Source: an uncultured Elusimicrobia bacterium
GTDB lineage: Bacteria; Elusimicrobiota; Elusimicrobia; UBA1565; UBA9628
Direction of reading: 5' to 3'
Length of the DNA: 52,441 nt
Assembly: GCA_964374095.1 (NCBI GenBank)
Contig: CAYJXJ010000006.1
Location: 4,339 to 56,779, forward strand
A model generated the notes under the pieces. It searched no databases. It saw nothing but the letters and a program-made list of their open reading frames with translations, and was not told the DNA's origin. This document shows positions 1-8,439 of the stretch, piece by piece; within the stretch, counting starts at the first letter, position 1, and every line of letters starts with the position of its first letter. A program made the translations under genes and the position numbers.

Positions 1-930
1 GAAGGCCACGAGGCGCTTCAAGTCCGTCTGCGCCATGGCGCAGAGCGCCCCGTAAACGATGTTGATTACCGCGATCGCGGCCAGCGTCGGCAGGAACCAC
101 TCAAAGCCCAGGGGCAGCATGGGATAGGAGACCCGCAACAGGCCGTAGACTCCCATCTTGAGGAGCACCGCGGCGAGGATCACCGACACCGCGGTGGGGG
201 CCTCGACGTGCGCCAGCGGCAGCCAGGTGTGGAACGGAAAGGCCGGGACCTTGACCGCGAACCCGAGATAGAACGCCAGGAAGACGATGACCTGGAAGCG
301 CGGGCTCCAGGCCGTGTGGGCCCGCATGAGCTCGAGCATGTCGAAGGTGTGCGGCTGGGAATGGAAGTAGACCGCCAGTATCCCCAGGAGCATGAACACC
401 GAGCCGGTCAAGGTGTAGAGGAAGAACTTGATGGCCGCGTATTCTTTCTGGGGGCCGCCCCAGATGCCGATCAGGAAATACATCGGGACCAAGGTCAACT
501 CCCAGAATACGTAGAAGAGGACGAAATCCAGGGCCTCGAAGACGCCCAGCATCCCGACCTCCAGGGTCAGGAACCAGAAGGCGTACTCCTTGAACCGGTT
601 CGTGATCCCGAGCGAGCCGATCATCCCGATCAGGCACATGAAGGTCGTCAGCAGCACCAGCGGGAAGCTGAGCCCGTCCACGCCGAGGAAGTAATCGACC
701 CGGAAGCTCTCGGCGACGATCCAGGCATGGCGCTCGACGAATTGCATCCCCGTAGCGGAGCGGTCGAAGAGGGCCGGGTGGTACAGCACGGCGGAGAGGA
801 GAAAACTCGCCCCCGTGGCGGCCAGGGCGATGATCTGGATCGCCTTGATCCGGTCCTTGGGAACCAGGAGTATCGCCAGCGCCCCGAGGAGGGGCAGGAA
901 CGTGATGAGGCTCAAGATATGGCTGTCCAT
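1..930 (-). CDS. nuoM: NADH-quinone oxidoreductase subunit M (ND4/antiporter-like); N-terminal 310 codons only, C-terminus runs off the left window edge
   Basis: Absent from the ORF track because there is no stop in the window. My reverse translation from the ATG at 930 gives MDSHILSLITFLPLLGALAILLVPKD... The signature FPFHTWLPLAHVEAPTAVSV is encoded at about 181-240. GGGGAGAA SD-like run upstream of the ATG. The gene starts 19 nt after the nuoL stop. Confidence 0.9.
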   Translation of the reverse strand, partial: MDSHILSLITFLPLLGALAILLVPKDRIKAIQIIALAATGASFLLSAVLYHPALFDRSATGMQFVERHAWIVAESFRVDYFLGVDGLSFPLVLLTTFMCLIGMIGSLGITNRFKEYAFWFLTLEVGMLGVFEALDFVLFYVFWELTLVPMYFLIGIWGGPQKEYAAIKFFLYTLTGSVFMLLGILAVYFHSQPHTFDMLELMRAHTAWSPRFQVIVFLAFYLGFAVKVPAFPFHTWLPLAHVEAPTAVSVILAAVLLKMGVYGLLRVSYPMLPLGFEWFLPTLAAIAVINIVYGALCAMAQTDLKRLVAF

Positions 931-949
931 CAGATTTTTCTCCCCAGCG

Positions 950-2932
950 TCATGGTCGATTCAATATCATGGTCGCGAACAGGCTGACGGCGATGGCCAG
1001 GTACATGAGATACTCCTGCACCTGGCCGTGGGAGACCAGGCCCCGCAGGCCCGACCCGAGGTCCCGGCTCAAATCCCCGAACCCGTCGACCGTGCGGTCG
1101 ACGAACAGGACGTCGAAGACGTTGCTGATCTCGGACCAGATGCGGGTCATGAGGCCCCAGCCGTCCACGAAAATCTCATCGATGACCTTGAGATCCACCC
1201 AGGCGCAAAGACCCGCCAGGCGGTCCGAGAGGGCCACCAGGCCCAGGAAGAAATCGTCCAGAAAATAACGCCGGTCCAGGAGGTTGAAGGCCGGTTGGAA
1301 GCGCGCCTTGAGGCTTTCGGCGAGGCTGAAGTCCCGGTCCGCGTAGAGCTTCCAAGAGAGGGCGATCGAGGCGATCACCGCCGCGGTCACCGCGGCCGCC
1401 AGGACCCGCGGGTCGGCGTGGTGGTGTCCTCGCGGGAGTTCCCATGTCACCAAACGCGCGAACGTGTGGCGGTGCTCCAAGGCCCAGCCGGAGACTACGG
1501 AAAGAAAGGCCAGGATGACGAGCGGGGTGGTCATGACCGCGGTGGATTCCTTCGCGTGGTGGAACTTATCCCGGTCGCGGGCGTCGCCCCAGAAGGTGAG
1601 AAACAGCATCCGGAACATGTAGAAGGCCGTGAGGCAGGCGCTGAAGGCGAGCACCCCGAACATGAACGGGCTGCGCTCGAAGACCTTCTCGAGGATCAAG
1701 TCCTTGGAGTAGTAGCCGGCCAAGGGAGGGATGCCCGCGATGGCGAGGGTCCCGATGGCCATGGTCATGAAGGTCAGGGGCATCCTTTTCGAAAGACCCC
1801 CCATGGAGCGCATGTCGTTGGTGTGCACGGCGTGGATCACCGAGCCGGCTCCGAGGAAGAGCAGGGCCTTGAAGAAGGCGTGGGTGGTGAGATGAAAGAG
1901 GCCGGCCGTGTAGCCGGCGCAGCCCAGGGCGCACATCATGAAGCCCAGCTGGCTCACGGTCGAGAAGGCCAAAACCCGCTTGATGTCGTAGGCGACGAGG
2001 GCCATGCTCGCGGCGAGCAACGCCGTCAGGAGTCCGGCCCAGGCCGCCGCGTCCATGGCCAGGGGGCTGGCCGCGAAGATGAAGTAGCACTTGGCGACCA
2101 GATAGATTCCGGCCGCCACCATGGTCGCCGCGTGGATGAGGGCCGAGACCGGCGTCGGGCCTTCCATGGCGTCGGGCAGCCAGATGAAAAGCGGGAACTG
2201 CGCGGATTTGCCCGCCGCGCCGGCCAGCAGCCCCAGGCCGATGGCCGCGAGGGCGGCCTGGGAAATCATGCCTTGCACCACGTTGTTGTGGAGCAGGCTG
2301 ATCTGGAATGTCCCCCCCTTCACGAATATCAGGAGCAGAGCGAGGGAGAAGCCGATGTCGCCGAGCTTGGTGGTGATGAACGCCTTCTTGCAGGCGTAGG
2401 CGGGACCCGGCTTTTCGAACCAGAAACCGATGAGAAGATAGGAGGAGACTCCCACCAACTCCCAGCAGGCGAAGGTGACCAGGAGGTTGTTGGAAACCAC
2501 CAGACCCAGCATCGAGGCGGTGAAGAAGGAGAGATACGCGAAATAGCGCTTGAAGCGGGGGTCCCGCCGATGCTCGGCGTCGACCATGTATCCCAGGGAG
2601 TAGAGCTGGACGAGGAAGCTCACCAGGGTCACGACCACGAGCATGAAGGCGGCGGGGGCGTCGATGAGCACCCCGGCCCGGAGCTCGAAGAGGAAATCGG
2701 AGCCTCTGAGGCTGGCCGGAAAGCTGAACCAGGTCCAAGACCTCTCGACGGGAAGGGTCAGGCCGCCGGTGATCGTACGCCAAAGTATGGAGGATGAAAT
2801 GATGAGGCACGTTCCCATGGCCAGAAGGGCAAGGTAAGGCATGGGGGAATGCTCGTCTTCCGTGCCGACGAAAAGGATGATGAGCGACGCCGCCAGCGGG
2901 ATCAGGGGGATATACGGGGCGTAGTCGATCAT
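950..2932 (-). CDS. nuoL: NADH-quinone oxidoreductase subunit L (ND5 family)
   Basis: 660-aa multi-TM ORF. Motifs: SYLLIGFWFEKP, ALIHAATMVAAGIYL, MRSMGGLSKRMP. Lies between nuoK and nuoM. Confidence 0.95.
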   Translation of the reverse strand: MIDYAPYIPLIPLAASLIILFVGTEDEHSPMPYLALLAMGTCLIISSSILWRTITGGLTLPVERSWTWFSFPASLRGSDFLFELRAGVLIDAPAAFMLVVVTLVSFLVQLYSLGYMVDAEHRRDPRFKRYFAYLSFFTASMLGLVVSNNLLVTFACWELVGVSSYLLIGFWFEKPGPAYACKKAFITTKLGDIGFSLALLLIFVKGGTFQISLLHNNVVQGMISQAALAAIGLGLLAGAAGKSAQFPLFIWLPDAMEGPTPVSALIHAATMVAAGIYLVAKCYFIFAASPLAMDAAAWAGLLTALLAASMALVAYDIKRVLAFSTVSQLGFMMCALGCAGYTAGLFHLTTHAFFKALLFLGAGSVIHAVHTNDMRSMGGLSKRMPLTFMTMAIGTLAIAGIPPLAGYYSKDLILEKVFERSPFMFGVLAFSACLTAFYMFRMLFLTFWGDARDRDKFHHAKESTAVMTTPLVILAFLSVVSGWALEHRHTFARLVTWELPRGHHHADPRVLAAAVTAAVIASIALSWKLYADRDFSLAESLKARFQPAFNLLDRRYFLDDFFLGLVALSDRLAGLCAWVDLKVIDEIFVDGWGLMTRIWSEISNVFDVLFVDRTVDGFGDLSRDLGSGLRGLVSHGQVQEYLMYLAIAVSLFATMILNRP

Positions 2933-2933
2933 A

Positions 2934-3239
2934 TCATCCGCGGAGGAGGTTGTAGTCCTCCACGTAGACCGTGTCCTTGTTCCGGTAGATCGCCAGCACC
3001 AGGGCCAGGCCGACCACGACCTCGGCCGCCGCGATGGTGATGATGAAGAGGGCCACCGCCTGTCCCCCCACCCCCTGGGGATGCAGGAAGCGGTTGAAGG
3101 CGGCGAGGTTGAGGTTCGCCGCGTTGAAGATGAGTTCGATCGACATGAGTATGCCGATGATGTTGCGGCGGGTGAGGGCGCCGAAGATGCCGATGAGAAA
3201 CAGCAGGGAGCCGACGACGAGATACGGGCCGAGGGTCAT
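2934..3239 (-). CDS. nuoK: NADH-quinone oxidoreductase subunit K (ND4L)
   Basis: Internal ATG at 3239 of ORF 2934..3644 gives a 101-aa, 3-TM protein: MTLGPYLVVGSLLFLIGIFGALTRRNIIGILMSIELIFNAANLNLAAF... The upstream part of the ORF is Arg/Pro-rich noise. 4-nt overlap with the nuoJ stop. Confidence 0.92.
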   Translation of the reverse strand: MTLGPYLVVGSLLFLIGIFGALTRRNIIGILMSIELIFNAANLNLAAFNRFLHPQGVGGQAVALFIITIAAAEVVVGLALVLAIYRNKDTVYVEDYNLLRG

Positions 3240-3772
3240 GACCCCTCCTCCTCGCGGCGCGGGGCCGGTCGGGAGAAGACGATGACGCCCAGCAGCGCCG
3301 CGGTCAGGACCAGGGAGACCGCCTCGAAGGGCACCGCGTAGTCCCCAAGCATGAGCCGGGCCAGAGCCCGGGTCGTGCCCGCGGTCTCGGGCAGGCCCTG
3401 CGCGCCGTGTCCGGCGTAGAGCCGGGCGATGCGCAGCAGGCCCGTCAGGGCGATGAGGCAAATGACGACGGCCGCCGCCGCCTGCTGGTTGACCTGCTTG
3501 AGGTGGAGGTCGGATTCCCGGCCCAAGAGCATCACCACGAACATGATGAGCACCGCGATCCCGCCGACATAGACGAGAATCTGCCCCGCGAAGAGGAAGT
3601 CGGCCCCCAGGGCCGCGAAGAGCCCGCCCACGGCCGAGAGGCACAGGCCAAGGAAGAGCGCGGAGTGAACGGTGTTGCGCACGGCCACGACGAGCAGCGC
3701 CGAGATCAGCGCCACCGCGGCGATCGAGGTGAACGCGAACGTCTCAATCACAGCGCGCCCCCTGTTCGTCAT
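3236..3772 (-). CDS. nuoJ: NADH-quinone oxidoreductase subunit J (ND6)
   Basis: ATG at 3772 (MTNRGRAVIETFAFTSIAAVALISALLVVAVRNTVHSALFL...), 178 aa, multi-TM. An alternative in-frame GTG at 3751 overlaps the nuoI stop by only 8 nt. The start is uncertain by 7 codons. Confidence 0.85.
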   Translation of the reverse strand: MTNRGRAVIETFAFTSIAAVALISALLVVAVRNTVHSALFLGLCLSAVGGLFAALGADFLFAGQILVYVGGIAVLIMFVVMLLGRESDLHLKQVNQQAAAAVVICLIALTGLLRIARLYAGHGAQGLPETAGTTRALARLMLGDYAVPFEAVSLVLTAALLGVIVFSRPAPRREEEGS

Positions 3773-4277
3773 GCCGGACCGGGACGGTCTGGATGGAAAA
3801 CTGCCCCTCGGGATCCTTGAAGGCCTTGGCGAGACGGTCCCAGTACTTTCCGATGAACGGGAAATCCTTCTTCCAGCAGCGCACCATCTCGTCCCGGCTA
3901 TAGAAGACGACCTCATAATCCAGGGCATGCCAGACGGACTTCGGCTTGGTCGGGCAGGACTCCTCGCAGAGCCGGCAGAAGTTGCACTTTCCGAAATCGA
4001 TCGAGTACCAGGCCACCTGCGCGATCTTCTTGCCGGTCTCGTTGGTCGCGTTCTCCAGGGCGATGCAGGCCGAGGGGCAGGCCTTGACGCAGAGGTTGCA
4101 GGAGATGCACACCCCGGCGTCGAAGAGGAGTGCCCCCCGGAATTTCTCGGCGGGAACGAGCTTCTCCTCCGGGTATTGAATCGTGATGGCGGGCTTGACC
4201 ATCGTCCTGAGGGTGATCCAGAAGCCTTTGCCGAGGGCCCCGGCCGCGCCGCCGATCCGTTTAAAATAGTCGATCAT
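3744..4277 (-). CDS. nuoI: NADH-quinone oxidoreductase subunit I (2x[4Fe-4S] ferredoxin-type)
   Basis: 177 aa with two CxxCxxCxxxCP motifs (CISCNLCVKACP, CNFCRLCEESCP). Correct operon position. Confidence 0.95.
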   Translation of the reverse strand: MIDYFKRIGGAAGALGKGFWITLRTMVKPAITIQYPEEKLVPAEKFRGALLFDAGVCISCNLCVKACPSACIALENATNETGKKIAQVAWYSIDFGKCNFCRLCEESCPTKPKSVWHALDYEVVFYSRDEMVRCWKKDFPFIGKYWDRLAKAFKDPEGQFSIQTVPVRHDEQGARCD

Positions 4278-4281
4278 TGCT

Positions 4282-5622
4282 TCATAGTTGGGCCACCAGC
4301 AGGCCCGCCATGGCGATATTGGCGAAGCTCCAGGGCAGGAGGAATTTCCAGTTGAAGTCCATGAGCTGGTCCACGCGGAATCTGGGGAGGGTCCAGCGGA
4401 TCCACAGGAACACGAACATCATGACCATGGCCTTGGCCAGCATCCATATCCAACTCGGGATGAACCCCAGGCCCGGGAAGGGAGGCTGGCCTCCGCCCAG
4501 GAAGAAGGTCGCGAGCAGGAAGCACGCCAACAAGACGTAGGCGTATTCCGCCAGGAAGAAGATCGACCACTTCATCCCGGAGTACTCGGTGTGGTATCCC
4601 GAGACGAGCTCGGACTCGGCTTCCGGGATGTCGAAGGGCGTGCGGTTGGTCTCGGCCACGGAGGCGATGAGAAAGATCAGGAAGGCGATCGGGCCGACGG
4701 GGAAGTAGAAAATGAACCACTTGGGCCAGAAACCGGCCCAATAGCCGCTCTGGGCCGAGTCGATCACCGCGAGGTTGAGCGAGCCCGCGAGCATGATGAC
4801 GGGCACCACCGAGAACCCGCGCGGGAGCTCGTAGCTGACGACTTGGGCCGCGGCGCGCAGGCCCCCGAGCAGGGAGTACTTGTTCCCCGAGGCCCAGCCC
4901 GCCATCACGACCCCGACGACGGAGATGCCGGCCACGGCGAAGATGTAGAGGACGCCCATGTCGAGGTCGGCCGCGGCCAGTTCGGAGCCGAAAAGGACCG
5001 GCGCGAATGCCATGACCGCCGGGGCCACGACCACGGCCGGGGCGAGGGCGTGGACGAGCTTGTCGGCCGCCTCCGGGGTGATGTCTTCCTTAAAGAGGAG
5101 CTTGATCCCGTCGAGTATGGTCTGGGCCCAGCCATGGAAGCCCCCGGCGCGCATGGGACCCAGCCGCGACTGCATGTGCGCCGAGATCTTACGCTCCCAC
5201 CAGATGGCCCAGAGACCGTTGATGAGGACGATATGGAGAACGATGAGGGCCTTGATCGCGATCCATGCCGCGGCGACCGCCGGAGGCGGGAGCCGCAAGG
5301 CCATGACGTCGTAAAGACGATTGCCCCACCGGGAGAGCTCTCCGATCAACCAGCCCGCGCCGAAAATGCCGAGAATGATGGCGGCGAGCAAACCCGCCGC
5401 CCGCCGGTAGCCGGGATCGCCCCAGGGATTGGCCCACTTCTCCGTCGGCCAGTAACGCGTGTCGTGGAGCAGGCGCCCCGCGGATTCGTTGAACACCGGC
5501 TTGGGATAAACCGCCTTGGCCGCGGTCTTGGCCGCCGCCGAGGTCGCGGCCGGGGCGGGCTTGGCGGCGGGCGGCGGGGCGCCGGACGTCGGCGGCGCCT
5601 TGGGCTCTTCTTCCGCGCTCAT
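4282..5622 (-). CDS. nuoH: NADH-quinone oxidoreductase subunit H (ND1) with about 105-aa N-terminal extension
   Basis: The canonical NuoH core starts near WWERKISAHMQSRLGPMRAGGFHGWAQTILDGIKLLFKEDI. The first plausible ATG is 5622 (MSAEEEPKAPP...). The extension keeps G/C-ending codons and contains an extra TM helix (AAGLLAAIILGIFGAGWLIGEL). An internal ATG at 5304 would give a canonical-length 340-aa protein. Confidence 0.85.
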   Translation of the reverse strand: MSAEEEPKAPPTSGAPPPAAKPAPAATSAAAKTAAKAVYPKPVFNESAGRLLHDTRYWPTEKWANPWGDPGYRRAAGLLAAIILGIFGAGWLIGELSRWGNRLYDVMALRLPPPAVAAAWIAIKALIVLHIVLINGLWAIWWERKISAHMQSRLGPMRAGGFHGWAQTILDGIKLLFKEDITPEAADKLVHALAPAVVVAPAVMAFAPVLFGSELAAADLDMGVLYIFAVAGISVVGVVMAGWASGNKYSLLGGLRAAAQVVSYELPRGFSVVPVIMLAGSLNLAVIDSAQSGYWAGFWPKWFIFYFPVGPIAFLIFLIASVAETNRTPFDIPEAESELVSGYHTEYSGMKWSIFFLAEYAYVLLACFLLATFFLGGGQPPFPGLGFIPSWIWMLAKAMVMMFVFLWIRWTLPRFRVDQLMDFNWKFLLPWSFANIAMAGLLVAQL

Positions 5623-5629
5623 GGGCCCC

Positions 5630-5700
5630 CCAACCGCTCCGTTCCCGATCGAGGCCACGCTACGCGTCCTGAATGTTGCCGTCCAACCGCTCCGTTCCCG
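5630..5700. repeat. Perfect 18-nt direct repeat CCAACCGCTCCGTTCCCG (5630-5647 and 5683-5700) in the nuoD-nuoH spacer
   Basis: Read directly from the sequence. The copies are 53 nt apart. On the transcribed strand each reads CGGGAACGGAGCGGTTGG (contains GGAG). The proximal copy ends 7 nt before the nuoH ATG. Confidence 0.9.
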
Positions 5701-5727
5701 GGGGCTTGCGGGAAGGCCCTCTGGCTG

Positions 5728-5743
5728 CCTCCACCGGTGGAGG
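5728..5743. repeat. 16-nt perfect palindrome CCTCCACCGGTGGAGG in the nuoD-nuoH spacer (potential RNA hairpin or protein site)
   Basis: The sequence is self-complementary when read directly. Located 75 nt downstream of the nuoD stop on the transcribed strand. Confidence 0.7.
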
Positions 5744-5818
5744 TGGCCGTGGCATGCGGGCGGTGGGCTCGAAAGGCATCGCTCTCGCAGCATACGGGGG
5801 GCGTCGAGTCGCCGTTTG

Positions 5819-6949
5819 TCACCGGTCCACCTCGCCGAGCACGATGTCGATGGAGCCCAGGATCGCGATCACGTCGGCTACCTTGCAGCCGACGAGCATC
5901 TCTTGGAGTATCGCGAGGTTGACGAAGGAGGGGGCGCGCACGTGCATCCGGTAGGGGCTGGCGCCGCCGTCGGAGACCAGGTAGATGCCGAGGTCTCCCC
6001 GGGAGCCCTCGACATGGACGTAGCTCTCGCCCTGGGGGGCCTTGGGGATCTTGGCCACGCCCGTGGCCATGATCTCGCCGGGCGGAAGGCGGGCGAGGAC
6101 CTGTTCGATGATCCGCACCGATTGGCGCATCTCCCGGACGCGGCAGTGGTAGCGGTCCCAGCAGCTTCCGGTCTCGCCGAGCGGAATATCGAAGGCGAGT
6201 GTCGCGTAGGAGCAGTAGGGATCGGACTTGCGGACGTCGTAATCCACCCCGGAGGCGCGCAAATTGGCCCCGGAGAGCCCCCAGTCCATGGCCTGCTCCC
6301 GGCTGATGCGGCCGACGTCTTGGGTTCGGGCCATGAAGATGGGGTTGTAGGTGAGGAGGGCGTCGTACTCGTCCAAGCGGGCTTTGAAATGGTCCAGGAA
6401 CTCCCGGGTCTTGGCGAGCCACTCGGGCTTGAGGTCGGCCATCAGGCCGCCGAGCCGGATGTAGTTGTAGGTCAGCCGCGCCCCGCAGCACATCTCGAAG
6501 AGGTCGAGGATCATCTCGCGCTCGCGGAAGGCGTGCAGGAAAGGGGTGAAGGCCCCGATGTCGATGCCGTAGGTGCCGAAGAAGAGAAGGTGGCTGGCGA
6601 GGCGGTTCATCTCGCACATGAGGACCCGGATGTCGTCGGACCGCGGCGGGACCTTGAGCCCCATGAGCTTCTCGGCCGCCAGGCAGAAGACGAGGTTGTT
6701 GGGCATGGCTGAGACGTAGTCCCAGCGGTCGGTGAGGACCACGCAGTGGTGATAGCCCCGCACTTCGGCGAGTTTGGCCGTGCCGCGGTGGAGGTAGCCG
6801 ATGTCCGGGACGGCCTTGGTGATCACCTCCCCTTCGATGGTGAGTCCAACCCGCAGCACGCCGTGGGTCGAGGGATGCTGAGGACCGAGATTGATGAAGA
6901 GCGAGTCGGACCTCACGCCGGGCTCGAGCTTGGCCGGGGCGCTACTCAT
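5819..6949 (-). CDS. nuoD: NADH-quinone oxidoreductase subunit D (49-kDa/NDUFS2 homolog)
   Basis: 376 aa: [15 protein letters not shown], ...[16 protein letters not shown]..., and a C-terminal DIVLGEVDR typical of NuoD. Confidence 0.95.
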   Translation of the reverse strand: MSSAPAKLEPGVRSDSLFINLGPQHPSTHGVLRVGLTIEGEVITKAVPDIGYLHRGTAKLAEVRGYHHCVVLTDRWDYVSAMPNNLVFCLAAEKLMGLKVPPRSDDIRVLMCEMNRLASHLLFFGTYGIDIGAFTPFLHAFREREMILDLFEMCCGARLTYNYIRLGGLMADLKPEWLAKTREFLDHFKARLDEYDALLTYNPIFMARTQDVGRISREQAMDWGLSGANLRASGVDYDVRKSDPYCSYATLAFDIPLGETGSCWDRYHCRVREMRQSVRIIEQVLARLPPGEIMATGVAKIPKAPQGESYVHVEGSRGDLGIYLVSDGGASPYRMHVRAPSFVNLAILQEMLVGCKVADVIAILGSIDIVLGEVDR

Positions 6950-7511
6950 CGTACTGATCCTTGACGTGGACGTAGTCCTTGCGCAGCGGGAAACCCTTGA
7001 TGAAATCGGGCGTGAGGATTTTCGTCAGGTTGGGGTGCCCCTCGAAGCGGATGCCGAGCAGGTCGAAGGTCTCGCGCTCCTGCCAATCGGCGGCCTTGAA
7101 CAGGGAGACCAGGCTCGGGACGACGGGCTGGTCGCGCGGGACTTCCAAGCGCAGGAACAGCCGCAAACGCTGCGGGATGTTGGCCAGGCACCAGAGCAGG
7201 TCGAAAACCGGGCGATAATTGACCCCGGCCGTCGCGGTGACTTGGATCTGCGGGGTGGCGCCCTCCGGAAGGAAGACGTTGAAGTTCGGGTTGCGGATGA
7301 AGCCCTCTTTGCCGACCGGGCCCAGCCAGTCGACGGCGGTGACGATCTCGAGGTAAGCGAAGCCGAGGACCTCCTTCAAATACTTGACCACGGGGATGAG
7401 GTCCTCGGCTCCTTTTAGCCGCAGCGTCACGTAGTCCTTGACGGGGTTCTGAGCTTTTTGGATCGAAGCAAATCGCGCCAGAATACTGGCCTCGAGCTCT
7501 TCCCTCGTCAT
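6942..7511 (-). CDS. nuoC: NADH-quinone oxidoreductase subunit C (30-kDa)
   Basis: Internal ATG at 7511 ([14 protein letters not shown]...), 189 aa. Contains [24 protein letters not shown] overlap with the nuoB stop; 8-nt overlap with the nuoD start. Confidence 0.9.
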   Translation of the reverse strand: MTREELEASILARFASIQKAQNPVKDYVTLRLKGAEDLIPVVKYLKEVLGFAYLEIVTAVDWLGPVGKEGFIRNPNFNVFLPEGATPQIQVTATAGVNYRPVFDLLWCLANIPQRLRLFLRLEVPRDQPVVPSLVSLFKAADWQERETFDLLGIRFEGHPNLTKILTPDFIKGFPLRKDYVHVKDQYDE

Positions 7512-8080
7512 GTGGCCGAGGCCGGGCCTTCGGCGGCGATGTCGCGCGAGCCCTTCTCTTGCCGAGGGGTGGCGCCGGCGCCGCGGCTGAGCTTCATGCG
7601 GGCGATCTTTTCCTGCAGCTTGATGATGGCGAACTGGAGGGCCTCGGGGCGCGGCGGACAACCGGCGATATAGATGTCGACCGGCACGATCCGGTCCACC
7701 CCCTTCAAGACGGAATAGGAATCATAGTACGGACCGCCGCAGTTGGCGCAGCTGCCCATGGAGATGACGAAGCGAGGCTCCGGCATCTGGTGATAAATCT
7801 GAAGGATGGGCTCCGCCATTTTCTTGACCACGGTTCCCGCGACGATCATCACGTCGGCCTGGCGCGGGCTGGCCCGCGGGATGACCCCCATCCGGTCGAA
7901 GTCGAAACGAGCCGCGTAGGAGGCCATCATCTCGATGGCGCAGCAGGCCAAGCCGAAGGTCATGGGCCAGAGGGACATCTTGCGCCCCATGTCGATGACG
8001 GCGTCGGCGGTGGCGAGAATGAGCTCGCCTCCGGGCAGGCCCTTCGTGGCTCCCGGCAGTTTCTCTAGGATCAGTCCCAT
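7508..8080 (-). CDS. nuoB: NADH-quinone oxidoreductase subunit B (PSST, N2 cluster)
   Basis: Internal ATG at 8080 ([10 protein letters not shown]...), 190 aa. Contains [20 protein letters not shown] and IAGCPPRPE cluster ligand motifs. Confidence 0.93.
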   Translation of the reverse strand: MGLILEKLPGATKGLPGGELILATADAVIDMGRKMSLWPMTFGLACCAIEMMASYAARFDFDRMGVIPRASPRQADVMIVAGTVVKKMAEPILQIYHQMPEPRFVISMGSCANCGGPYYDSYSVLKGVDRIVPVDIYIAGCPPRPEALQFAIIKLQEKIARMKLSRGAGATPRQEKGSRDIAAEGPASAT

Positions 8081-8439
8081 ACCAGGGCTCCCTTGCGCCA
8101 GGCGTAGATCAGCCCGAGGAACAGGATGCCCAGGAAGATCGCCATCTCGATGAGGAATGTGGAACGGGCGATGGCGCCCGGATCGCGGGCCGCGACCGCC
8201 CACGGGTAAAGGTAGAGGGTCTCCACGTCGAAAAGGACGAAGAGCAGCGCGAAAACGTAGAAGCGGATGTTCAGCCGGACTCCCGTCGAGCCGGTGGCCG
8301 GTATGCCGCACTCGTAGGTGGAGAGCTTGCGCGCGTAGGGGACCCGGGGCCGCAGGAGCTTCGCGGCGAGCAACGTGACGGCGGCAAACAGCGCGCCCAG
8401 CAGCGCGAAGGCGTAAACGACCGCCATGGCGTGGTTCAT
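8071..8439 (-). CDS. nuoA: NADH-quinone oxidoreductase subunit A (ND3)
   Basis: Internal ATG at 8439 ([21 protein letters not shown]...), 122 aa, 3 TM. Contains YECGIPA and [16 protein letters not shown]-type 4-nt overlap with the upstream methyltransferase stop. Confidence 0.92.
   Translation of the reverse strand: MNHAMAVVYAFALLGALFAAVTLLAAKLLRPRVPYARKLSTYECGIPATGSTGVRLNIRFYVFALLFVLFDVETLYLYPWAVAARDPGAIARSTFLIEMAIFLGILFLGLIYAWRKGALVWD

Noticed and set aside
815-2797. 660-aa plus-strand ORF exactly mirroring nuoL
   Set aside because: This is an antisense shadow ORF typical of high-GC DNA. Its product is Arg/Gly/Glu/His/Asp-rich with no motifs, whereas the minus-strand frame encodes an unmistakable NuoL.
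5630-5700. Possible CRISPR-like or other arrayed repeat
   Set aside because: There are only two copies of an 18-mer, no further units, and no cas genes. It is reported as a simple direct repeat instead. No CRISPR array exists in this window.
4288-5922. 544-aa plus-strand ORF across nuoH and the nuoD end
   Set aside because: Antisense to clear nuo genes, with low-complexity Arg/Gly/Pro composition. The same reasoning applies to 208..987(+), 1566..2810(-), 5516..6712(+) and 5619..6617(-).
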